From positions 155,828-219,827 of the forward strand of contig JAQWQD010000010.1 of the NCBI GenBank assembly GCA_029244985.1: a stretch of DNA of 64,000 bases, in the 5' to 3' direction. The position numbers and the translations under genes are program-made. The stretch is from Gammaproteobacteria bacterium. GTDB taxonomy: Bacteria > Pseudomonadota > Gammaproteobacteria > Pseudomonadales > Pseudohongiellaceae. Positions 1 to 8,040 of this stretch are shown here, piece by piece (the first letter of the stretch is position 1; every line of letters begins with the position of its first letter). Below the pieces are notes generated by a model. It made no database searches and had not been told where the DNA came from. It was given only the letters and a program-made list of their open reading frames with translations.

Positions 1-399
1 GCCGAATATTGCTTTTTCGTAGCTGTAAAAGTGTCGGTAACGGGGGGTTAGTTTGTAATAATACCCCCGCTGGGTTTCTGCTTTTTCCGCAAAACAAGGG
101 TCTGCTGCAAAATAAATGTCTAGCAACGGCATTTTATTGAAGCCGACAATTGTTGACGGTTCTGAATCAGCAAGGGCCTTAGCGACCCATTTTGTATAAT
201 TTTGGTAAAGCTTGACGCGGGTCCACGCGTTGACTGGCACCTTAATTAGATTCAAATTTTCTGGAACTTCTCCCTGCCAGCGCAAGACATAGACGTCAAC
301 TTGGTGGCCGCGATTAACACATTCGTTGGCAATTCGAAGAAAGTCTCTCTGTTGGCCTCCGAAGGGAAAGTAGGAATAAATCAAAAAGCTAAACTTCAT
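1..399 (-). CDS. waaG: Lipopolysaccharide core glucosyltransferase I (GT4, WaaG/RfaG-like), N-terminal part; the 3' part of the gene runs off the window start
   Basis: Hand translation of the minus strand from ATG at 399 gives MKFSFLIYSYFPFGGQQRDFLRIANECVNRGHQVDVYV...GFNKMPLLDIYFAADPCFAEK...RYRHFYSYEKAIFG. This closely parallels the WaaG N-terminus (YKYFPFGGLQRDF, GFNKMP..D.YFAAD). It sits next to waaC/waaF. It is not in the ORF track because it is truncated. Confidence 0.8.
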   Translation of the reverse strand, partial: MKFSFLIYSYFPFGGQQRDFLRIANECVNRGHQVDVYVLRWQGEVPENLNLIKVPVNAWTRVKLYQNYTKWVAKALADSEPSTIVGFNKMPLLDIYFAADPCFAEKAETQRGYYYKLTPRYRHFYSYEKAIFG

Positions 400-461
400 T
401 TAAGAATCCGATCCTTTATCCGCTTCGCATAAGTTATTGTATTCTTGCGGATGAGTAAGAA

Positions 462-1523
462 TTATTGATTTTGTATCAGCTTTTCGAACCTCTGCCAAAC
501 TTGTTCTGGTTTATGCGCAGAGAAGCAAGGTGGTGTTACAGCAAATTGTTGGCCCGAAAATTCATCCATAATTCCTGGACCGCTGTAAGTGCATACTTTT
601 TTAACACAGGGGGCACAATTGAAATTGGAATTTAGATGCAGTTGATTCTCACCAAATGTTCCAGAAAGCCCGGGGTTGGTAGAACCGTACAAGGATACTG
701 TGGGTTTTGCTAGAGCTGCGGCTAAATGTCCTAGGCCTGTGTCAACAGCGATTACGCCACTGGAGTTATTAATATGTTGTGCCAGGCTAGAGAGAGATTG
801 CTTATCTAGGACTTTGATCCGCTCATTGTCTTTAGCAATAAACTCTGCCCGTTGCTTCTCTCTATTATCTCCCCAGGGAACTAGTACTTTATATCCGGCC
901 TCTGTAGCGATATGCGCAAGATGGCGCCAATAAGTTTCTGGCCAATGTTTGGTTGCCCATGTAGTCCCATGAAGAAAGAGTAGCTGTTTATTGCTTGTCG
1001 TTTCCTCATTACTATCAATTCGCTTTATATCGATTCCATAATCGATGGAATCTTTATCATAGCGATACTTTAGAGCACGAGAAAAGAGTTCGCGCACTCT
1101 ATCTACGGCATGCTCAGTCCAAGGCACTGAGTAAACTTTATTATAGAAAAGTGTAGCCAAGGGTTCACGGATAGTTCTATTGCTAAGCCCAATAGTTAAA
1201 CCGCGGGACAATCTGCTGATGAAGCCACTCTTGATTAAGCCCTGAGCATCGATTATGAGATCATAGTGAACGTCTTGGAGCGCCCGCTTAAAAGATCTAA
1301 ATTCGTGATTGAAGTAAGACTGGAATAGATTGCGTCGCCAACGACGCATTGCAACTGGTATGACTTTTTCGACCGCCGGGTGCCAAGAAGGGACTTCTGA
1401 AAAACTTTCCTCAACTACCCAATCAAATGCAAGATTTGCATGGGCCCTCTTGGCGTCAGTTACGGCTGGGAGCGTATGGATAATATCCCCTAGCGAAGAT
1501 ACTTTTACAATCAGAACTCGCAA
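462..1523 (-). CDS. waaC: ADP-heptose:LPS heptosyltransferase I
   Basis: The N-terminus MRVLIVKVSSLGDIIHTLPAVTDAKRA...FDWVVEESFSEVPSWHPAVEKVIPVAMRRWRR is near-colinear with E. coli WaaC. GT9 family. Confidence 0.9.
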   Translation of the reverse strand: MRVLIVKVSSLGDIIHTLPAVTDAKRAHANLAFDWVVEESFSEVPSWHPAVEKVIPVAMRRWRRNLFQSYFNHEFRSFKRALQDVHYDLIIDAQGLIKSGFISRLSRGLTIGLSNRTIREPLATLFYNKVYSVPWTEHAVDRVRELFSRALKYRYDKDSIDYGIDIKRIDSNEETTSNKQLLFLHGTTWATKHWPETYWRHLAHIATEAGYKVLVPWGDNREKQRAEFIAKDNERIKVLDKQSLSSLAQHINNSSGVIAVDTGLGHLAAALAKPTVSLYGSTNPGLSGTFGENQLHLNSNFNCAPCVKKVCTYSGPGIMDEFSGQQFAVTPPCFSAHKPEQVWQRFEKLIQNQ

Positions 1524-1542
1524 TGAATTGTCTTCCTATTTA

Positions 1543-2583
1543 CTAGCTTTCCGTGAGAAGTCTTACTGCATCTATAGCGAGCGCAGGTTTCAACTCAGTT
1601 AAGCAGCGGAGATGCCCAAACGGGCATTTTCTCTTAAAACAGGGCCTGCACTCTATGTCCGTTGCCAATAATTTTAACTTATCTGCCAAAGGCGGCGTAA
1701 AGTCAGGTGACGTCGATCCATAAATGCCGACTACTGGTTTTTCCAATGCTGCCGCCACATGCATTAGTCCCGAGTCATTTGATACGACTACAGATGCAAG
1801 TGACATCAAGTCTATGGCTTCAGCCAAACTAGTTCTGCCTGCTAGATTTTTGCATCGATCCAAAAGATTACTATCGATGTCTGCCTGTATGGACTCAGCT
1901 ATTAGTACATCGTTGACAGAGCCAAAAATCCAAACCTGCCAACCCTGTTGCAGAACTGCATTCGTCAGCTCTGCATAGTACTCTGATGGCCATTGTTTTG
2001 CTTCACCAAATTCTGCGCCAGGAGAGATCGCTAATATTTTTAGTTCCTTCGTCAGCTCAAATTTTGACAAGGAAGAATTTACATCTGATTGTTGAGTGCT
2101 AAGTTTGGGTTTAAGTATATTTTCAGGTGGCAGCGAACCACTTGGATTGGCGAGAGCTGCGAAGCGTTGCACCATTAATGGGAAATTCTCATCCTGAGGC
2201 GAGCGGCAATCGTTAAGCAAAATATTGCGCCATTCTCCTCGCCAACCGGTGCGGATTTTTATGTTTGCGTGAAAGGGCACTAATGCTGATTTGAAAGAAA
2301 GTGGCAGGACTATTGCTTGGGTAAAATGTGAATCTCTTAGTGCTTTCCCTAAGCTGAACCTGGCACCTAAATTGAGTTCACCGTGTTCTAGATCAAAATT
2401 TAGTTTGGCATCAACTTCAGGCATTCGATCCAATAAGGGACGTGTCCAACTTGGCGCCATTACAGTAATGCGGTTGTCTGAGTTGTTCTGTTTTATAAGC
2501 CTGTAAAGAGATTGGGACATCACCATGTCTCCAACCCATGATGGCCCAATCACTAAGATATTTTGTTTAGTTTTTCCAACCAT
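1543..2583 (-). CDS. waaF: ADP-heptose:LPS heptosyltransferase II
   Basis: ILVIGPSWVGDMVMSQSLYRLIK and C-terminal SNDSGLMHVAAAL..P.VGIYGSTSP are GT9 heptosyltransferase II signatures. Adjacent to waaC. Confidence 0.9.
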   Translation of the reverse strand: MVGKTKQNILVIGPSWVGDMVMSQSLYRLIKQNNSDNRITVMAPSWTRPLLDRMPEVDAKLNFDLEHGELNLGARFSLGKALRDSHFTQAIVLPLSFKSALVPFHANIKIRTGWRGEWRNILLNDCRSPQDENFPLMVQRFAALANPSGSLPPENILKPKLSTQQSDVNSSLSKFELTKELKILAISPGAEFGEAKQWPSEYYAELTNAVLQQGWQVWIFGSVNDVLIAESIQADIDSNLLDRCKNLAGRTSLAEAIDLMSLASVVVSNDSGLMHVAAALEKPVVGIYGSTSPDFTPPLADKLKLLATDIECRPCFKRKCPFGHLRCLTELKPALAIDAVRLLTES

Positions 2584-2916
2584 AACCAGAACCTGAGACT
2601 ATTACCATGGTCTATGGTTTTCTCAATTAGTTGTTGAGCTTAGCAGTCCCGAATCTATAGAAGTGCTTGTTAGTATTTTGCTGTCTCAGCTGTAACTCGC
2701 AGCACTCCAAGGGCTGTTGTATGGCCTGAAGTTACTTTTTGCATACCCTTCAGTCATAAGCATAACATGCCTTTTTCACAAATCCCCTAGCGCCTTCTAA
2801 AACCTTTTTCATGAAGATGGGGGGCAACCTTTGATAAGCCATATTGCCTTCGGTACTTTTACTTTCCGCGTTTTAAATAACGTTTCCAAGCCTTCATCTG
2901 GGTTCTCCACTTTTCG

Positions 2917-4395
2917 CTAATCAACTAGCTTAATCCATGTACCTTCCTCTGGAGACCCTGTCGGATAATAGCCATTAAGAAGACGAAGTGTTTCTTCGGG
3001 AAAATTGGGGATTTTGCTAGATTGAGCTACTACAGAAAAATCAAAAAACTCGCTTGCCTGCACGTACTTGATTTTCAACTCACTACCAGCGACAACTTCT
3101 CCTTGCTGTATTGATCGGAAAGATCTAATTGCGGCCAAAAGCATTTCGTCGGTTGCCTCAGACTCAGCACCTTCACCAATTTCGCCGCGAAATGTAAACG
3201 CTCTAGGCCCTAAGTAAATAGTCGCCACTCGCTCCATTTTTCCAGTATCCGGGTTTACTGCCACACCAGTATGACCTAACAATCGAAATTGAGAGAGAAG
3301 CTCAGATTTTTGCAAATTTTCAATGCCCATGTTGTCTCTAATAAAAACACGTGGTTCGATATTTTCCTGCAAACGTTGGGCTTCAATTTTCAAGCTTCCA
3401 ACATTGCCTCCGTTAGCAGTCACCGTTGTAGTCGTCTCTATAACATTCCAGCCATCGGGGAGCACCAGTGTGTAACCTAATAAATCCTGATAATAGCGAT
3501 TGCGCTGATCGGTTCGTTGGGAGGCATTGCTCTGTCCAACGATAAGCCCATCGAGCTCTTCTCTAAAAGCATCATTGTCGGTTTTTGCTACGCCAGTTCC
3601 TTCTAACTGGCCAACTTCAGAGATAGCCTCCTGAAGCCGTCGATCATTCCGTGGGTGTGTTGCAAACAAACCGTGATAACTTCCGCCACCACCAGTAACA
3701 CGCCGGTTAAAGTCTTCCTGATTTTTAAGAACAGTGATAACTTCAATCATTGCTGCAGGATCGTATCCTGCATTCACTAAATATTCCGCTGCTAAACTAT
3801 CAGCCTCTAACTCTTGCTCTCGGCCAAAACCGCTAAGCCCCGTTTGTGCCCAGATAGAGGCGACCTCGCTGATTTGTGAAGCCGCATAGCCGCTACCTGT
3901 TGCTATACCGGCGACCAGCCCACCTGCGACTGCGGCTCCGCGAGCGAGCGCGCCTCTAGCCTGCTGCTGAACTGCATGCCGTGCAGTAATATGGGCGATT
4001 TCGTGGGCAAGTACTGCTGCTAGGTCGGCTTCTGAGTTCATGTAAGTTAACAAGCCGCGATTCACATAAACATAACCTCCGGGTAATGCGAACGCATTAA
4101 TTTCTGGGCTATCTATTACATGGAAATGATATTCAAGATTGGGGCGATGACTAACCATAGCCATCTTATTACCAATTTTTTTTACATAGGCAACGAGTTG
4201 TTCATCTTCAAAAAGCGACATGGAGCTCATTACTTTTTCGTGTTCTTCTAAGCCTATTTCCTTTTCTCGATTTTCTGTCATCAATACTAAGTTGGCTCCA
4301 CCAGTAGCCGGATTGACAGCACAGCCAACAAGAAAAAGTAACAATAATACCGATACGATTAGCGCGACGGAAAAACTATAGTTTATTTTAGTCAT
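2917..4395 (-). CDS. M48-family zinc metalloprotease, lipoprotein, with a roughly 200-aa C-terminal extension of unknown fold
   Basis: Lipobox LLFLVGC near the N-terminus. HEXXH motif LAHEIAHITARH preceded by INAFALPGGYVYVNRGLL, which is typical of M48 peptidases. Last gene of the same-strand block. Confidence 0.8.
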   Translation of the reverse strand: MTKINYSFSVALIVSVLLLLFLVGCAVNPATGGANLVLMTENREKEIGLEEHEKVMSSMSLFEDEQLVAYVKKIGNKMAMVSHRPNLEYHFHVIDSPEINAFALPGGYVYVNRGLLTYMNSEADLAAVLAHEIAHITARHAVQQQARGALARGAAVAGGLVAGIATGSGYAASQISEVASIWAQTGLSGFGREQELEADSLAAEYLVNAGYDPAAMIEVITVLKNQEDFNRRVTGGGGSYHGLFATHPRNDRRLQEAISEVGQLEGTGVAKTDNDAFREELDGLIVGQSNASQRTDQRNRYYQDLLGYTLVLPDGWNVIETTTTVTANGGNVGSLKIEAQRLQENIEPRVFIRDNMGIENLQKSELLSQFRLLGHTGVAVNPDTGKMERVATIYLGPRAFTFRGEIGEGAESEATDEMLLAAIRSFRSIQQGEVVAGSELKIKYVQASEFFDFSVVAQSSKIPNFPEETLRLLNGYYPTGSPEEGTWIKLVD

Positions 4396-4470
4396 CAGTA
4401 AATCCGACCATTAGAAGGACTCAATATTTTTAATAGTGCCAATTATCTTTCTTTAATGCAGCTTGCGTAT

Positions 4471-5190
4471 CTAACTACCATTTACAAAATCTTTGAGTTG
4501 AATTGCTAAACGGCTACACGCATTTGCTTCAACCCGGGCTAGCAGTGGAATTGGTATTACAAGTGCCGGCAGATAGGATTGTCCAGTAGCATCAGCATTT
4601 ATTGTTCCGACATTTTTCAGAGAATCGACATCCCATACGCGCGCATTGAAATTAGCATCGTCTTCCCAAGTGCCAAACCCAAAGCATCCGCCACCGGCCG
4701 GACCAACAGTGCAAGAAATTGAACCGGTACGGCCAGAGGTTTCTGTAAAACCATCAACCCATACGATGTAACGAATTCCGTAGTCATTCATTTTGTTTGC
4801 GACTACATCTTCAGCCATGAGCTGCTCTAAATCACGTGTTCTTAGTGGTGCCGTACGAGGTTCGAACCAAGGAAACATCGAATCGATAAATTCCTGCTCA
4901 GGAACTACGCTTATCGCATTCTCACCGCGTTGCATGCGATCACCAACACACTCAACAAATCCAGAATCAGTTTCGTAATCGCTAGCCTGCCTACGCCCTA
5001 AAATTACAACAGATTCGTCAGTTTCAATTCCGGTTTCACCTTGGCGAAATTCATCCACTGTAGTGCTGGTGCACGCAGCAAGCAGACTCGCAATAAAAAA
5101 TGTTGCACCGACATTTACAATTTGCGTTTTTTTTATAGTGCTCATATTGATGCCTTCTCGAGTACCCCGATCTAGAGGTTTCTTAGCCAT
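4471..5190 (-). CDS. Hypothetical lipoprotein
   Basis: Signal/lipobox ATFFIASLLAAC. No recognisable domain. An alternative start at M16 (nt 5145, GAAGG about 9 nt upstream) would remove the 19-nt overlap with the upstream gene. Confidence 0.6.
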   Translation of the reverse strand: MAKKPLDRGTREGINMSTIKKTQIVNVGATFFIASLLAACTSTTVDEFRQGETGIETDESVVILGRRQASDYETDSGFVECVGDRMQRGENAISVVPEQEFIDSMFPWFEPRTAPLRTRDLEQLMAEDVVANKMNDYGIRYIVWVDGFTETSGRTGSISCTVGPAGGGCFGFGTWEDDANFNARVWDVDSLKNVGTINADATGQSYLPALVIPIPLLARVEANACSRLAIQLKDFVNGS

Positions 5191-5798
5191 TCACTTACTT
5201 CCGGCACTTGAGAAAAGCTCAATGAGAAACTAGAAGCGAGATCTCGTAATGCCACAACGGTAGCTCCATTAATCCCGTCCTGTACTGAGCGAAAAGTTGC
5301 CGTCGGTGTCTTCCCATAGGATGTTAAGACCCAATCCGCAATATAGTCACCTTCGGTTGTAACTAAGCGCATGTTGTATTTTATCCAGACTTCATACACA
5401 TCAAGCTTGGTCTTTGCTGGCAGTGCTAATTGAAATTCCTCAATTACGGGAGCAAACACTGCGTCAACTTTTTGTTCGACGGCGTCTTCCATAGTATCCA
5501 CGTTAACGACCCGATCAAACATCGCGGGAAGCACAGCGTCGAACAATCGAATATGAGATTGGCCGCTCTCTATATTTATTTCTTCGCGCCCGGTTTCGCT
5601 GTACTCCATATATGCGAATTCACGCAGAGCGTCTTCATAAATAACCGCTACGGACATCGGCATTTTGTTTACGTTCGGAGTAGGGAAATTGCCTTCTATG
5701 ACAACATTGCTAGCGCCACAAGCGGAAACTAGCAGGAGTAGTAACGCAGTGCCAAACCTGTATAGGAGAGCTTGTATTGTCATGTTCGGCTGATTCAT
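5172..5798 (-). CDS. Hypothetical lipoprotein
   Basis: Lipobox LLLLLVSAC. I place the start at the ATG at 5798 (MNQPNMTIQ...) because AAGGAA lies 6 nt upstream of it. The ORF-track start at 5849 adds a basic, non-signal-like 17-aa extension. Confidence 0.6.
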   Translation of the reverse strand: MNQPNMTIQALLYRFGTALLLLLVSACGASNVVIEGNFPTPNVNKMPMSVAVIYEDALREFAYMEYSETGREEINIESGQSHIRLFDAVLPAMFDRVVNVDTMEDAVEQKVDAVFAPVIEEFQLALPAKTKLDVYEVWIKYNMRLVTTEGDYIADWVLTSYGKTPTATFRSVQDGINGATVVALRDLASSFSLSFSQVPEVSEWLRNL

Positions 5799-5845
5799 CG
5801 CCATTTCCTTAAAATTCTTATACCGTGTAATTCTAATACGCCAAA

Positions 5846-6856
5846 TCACTGATAATCGTTCAACCCTACAAATGTACCACCATTTCGCTGCGTCATCTCC
5901 CGCATTAGAGTGGAATATCGGTAAACACTTTGCTGAAATCGTCTAGGGCCCGCGAAAATGACAGGAAAACCTATCCCATGAATTCTTACCAGGCGATCAC
6001 CATTCTCATCCTCAACATTAATGCGATCAATGGTTTGAAGAACATTTTGGATCGATCCGCCTGGCTGAAAATCATCCCCGAGCACATAAATACTTATGTT
6101 TTTATCATATTCATAAAACGTGTCTATGGCCCGTGTCACACCTTCTACAGGGCTGCTGTTGCTGTAGGGGTTCCAAGACCTTAAAGTCTGAATAATCTGA
6201 CTGCGTCTACCTGGAGTATCCGGGATCCAGTCTCCGCGGTAAGATTCGAACATGTAGTCACCCATGTCATTCATTACCTGGATTCCTTTTACTTCAGGAT
6301 ATACATCCAAGGTATCTCTAATGACACCAAGCATTTTGTCCCAACTTGGGTTTTGAAACATGCTGCCAGAGGTATCGATTACAAAAATAATGTACTCGCT
6401 GTCGACAGGAACACCGCCAATAGCATTGTTCTCGGGGGCTCGCGTGTTGGCAAGCAAACGTTGCATTTCTTCAGTGAGAGATTGTTGCGCCAGAACCAGG
6501 CGGCCAAATTCATCCGTGGTTTCATCTGACAACTCTTTAGTTGTACTGAATTGACCCTCAATGTCATTCAAGTCACGGCGCAACCTGGCAATACGATCCT
6601 CCATTGCAGAGAGTTGCTCATGCTTGGCATTTAGCTCACGGTTTAAGATCGTAGTTTCTCCCCTAATCTCAAACAGTTGCTCCTGCAGTTCAGCAACCAC
6701 GCCCGCTGGCGTAATGTTTTCTACATATTCCAAGGTAGTTGGTGCCGAAGACTTGGTGATCATTAACAGAATAATCATCGCTCCAAACCCACAGGATGCA
6801 ACATCTAGGAATGAGACTGTAAAGGAATCGGTTTCTCTGTTCTTACGATTTGCCAT
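5846..6856 (-). CDS. ExbD/TolR-like TM anchor + coiled coil + periplasmic vWA (MIDAS) domain protein (paralog 2)
   Basis: N-terminal FTVSFLDVASCGFGAMIILLMI resembles the ExbD/TolR TM helix with its conserved Asp. A heptad-rich segment covers about aa 55-135. The vWA motif IIFVIDTSGSM (DxSxS) is present, with a GGTF near the C-terminus. Confidence 0.7.
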   Translation of the reverse strand: MANRKNRETDSFTVSFLDVASCGFGAMIILLMITKSSAPTTLEYVENITPAGVVAELQEQLFEIRGETTILNRELNAKHEQLSAMEDRIARLRRDLNDIEGQFSTTKELSDETTDEFGRLVLAQQSLTEEMQRLLANTRAPENNAIGGVPVDSEYIIFVIDTSGSMFQNPSWDKMLGVIRDTLDVYPEVKGIQVMNDMGDYMFESYRGDWIPDTPGRRSQIIQTLRSWNPYSNSSPVEGVTRAIDTFYEYDKNISIYVLGDDFQPGGSIQNVLQTIDRINVEDENGDRLVRIHGIGFPVIFAGPRRFQQSVYRYSTLMREMTQRNGGTFVGLNDYQ

Positions 6857-6936
6857 ATTTATTTTTTAACGCAATCGTTGAGTCAATTTACAAACATTAT
6901 TCAGCCCATTTCTGCCAGTACTTATAGTCCTTCCAG

Positions 6937-8040
6937 CTAAGGCCAATCTTTCGAAGGCGTTAAAAAAGAGCCTTTCGTATATTGCGCCAACTGCCAGTAA
7001 ATAGCTGCAGCACTTGGGTCCCCTTCCAATGGCATCAATATGACATTGACCGGAATTGACTGAGGTAATTCTTCAACTGCTTCCTCAAATAATTCCGCCC
7101 GGTCTGCGGGTGTTATCAGAGAACCTCTGGCACCCCGGTCATCAAGGGTAGGTAAGCCGTCGGTAATTAGGAAAATATTATCTGGCCTAGGTGACATATT
7201 TGCTACTGCCCGAAATACCTGGGCCATATTTGTGCCACTGTCCGGCACTATGCCTTTTACGTTATCAATTACCTGATTAAGTTGGTCTCGATCCGCGACC
7301 TCTAACCACCTATCTTCTGTACCAGGCAGCACGGCTTTGTATTCAGTGTTGAAATTCCACATTTGATATTGGCTGGTGATGGGTAACTGGGTACTCACCC
7401 AGTCCACAGTATTGACAACTCGTTGCCATTTTGGCGCATTGCGCTTGCGCTCGTCATCCATATTGCGTGTGCGAATGATATTTACGATAGTGCTATCCAG
7501 CATACTGGCCGAGCTGTCTATGAGCACAAGAATTCTTTGGCCGCCGAGAAATAAGCCAGAGAGATACTGACGATTCCCATCCCCTAGAAATTGACGAACA
7601 CTATTGCCTTCCTGTTCGAAGGCGCTTGCCTGCAATCGCAATAACTCATTTTCCAGAGTCTCTATATCTGAACGAAGTTGAGCCACGTCTTCGACGCTGG
7701 CCATACTGTTGTTTTCAAGTGCAGCGAGTTCCTGCAAGAACGTGTCTATTTGCTCCAAGATCTGGCGCGCAAGACCCTCCGCCGCGACTACCTCAAAATC
7801 GACATCAGAAAGAATATTGCGAACCCGAACCAAACCAAGCTGACCTTCCTGAATTTCTTCTTCCAACAAATTTATTTCTGCAGTCAGGTCTGGGCTGGTT
7901 GCTTCTGGAGAGACGGAGCTAGCATGATCCAAGATTAGAAAAATAAGAATCACAGCGCCAAAGCCACAAAACATGACGTCAAGAAAGGCTAAGCTTAATG
8001 GATTAACTTTGCGTCTGTTTGATTTACTATTACTAGCCAT
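6937..8040 (-). CDS. ExbD/TolR-like TM anchor + coiled coil + periplasmic vWA (MIDAS) domain protein (paralog 1)
   Basis: N-terminal NPLSLAFLDVMFCGFGAVILIFLIL (compare ExbD TPFIDVMLVLLIIFMV). A coiled-coil region follows. vWA motifs are ILVLIDSSASM (DxSxS) and IFLITDGLPT. The start overlaps the upstream stop by 8 nt. Confidence 0.7.
   Translation of the reverse strand: MASNSKSNRRKVNPLSLAFLDVMFCGFGAVILIFLILDHASSVSPEATSPDLTAEINLLEEEIQEGQLGLVRVRNILSDVDFEVVAAEGLARQILEQIDTFLQELAALENNSMASVEDVAQLRSDIETLENELLRLQASAFEQEGNSVRQFLGDGNRQYLSGLFLGGQRILVLIDSSASMLDSTIVNIIRTRNMDDERKRNAPKWQRVVNTVDWVSTQLPITSQYQMWNFNTEYKAVLPGTEDRWLEVADRDQLNQVIDNVKGIVPDSGTNMAQVFRAVANMSPRPDNIFLITDGLPTLDDRGARGSLITPADRAELFEEAVEELPQSIPVNVILMPLEGDPSAAAIYWQLAQYTKGSFLTPSKDWP

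Noticed and set aside
4845-4875. A GGTTCGAACC T-loop-like motif suggesting a tRNA
   Set aside because: It lies inside the 4471-5190 coding frame, and no acceptor or anticodon stems can be drawn around it.
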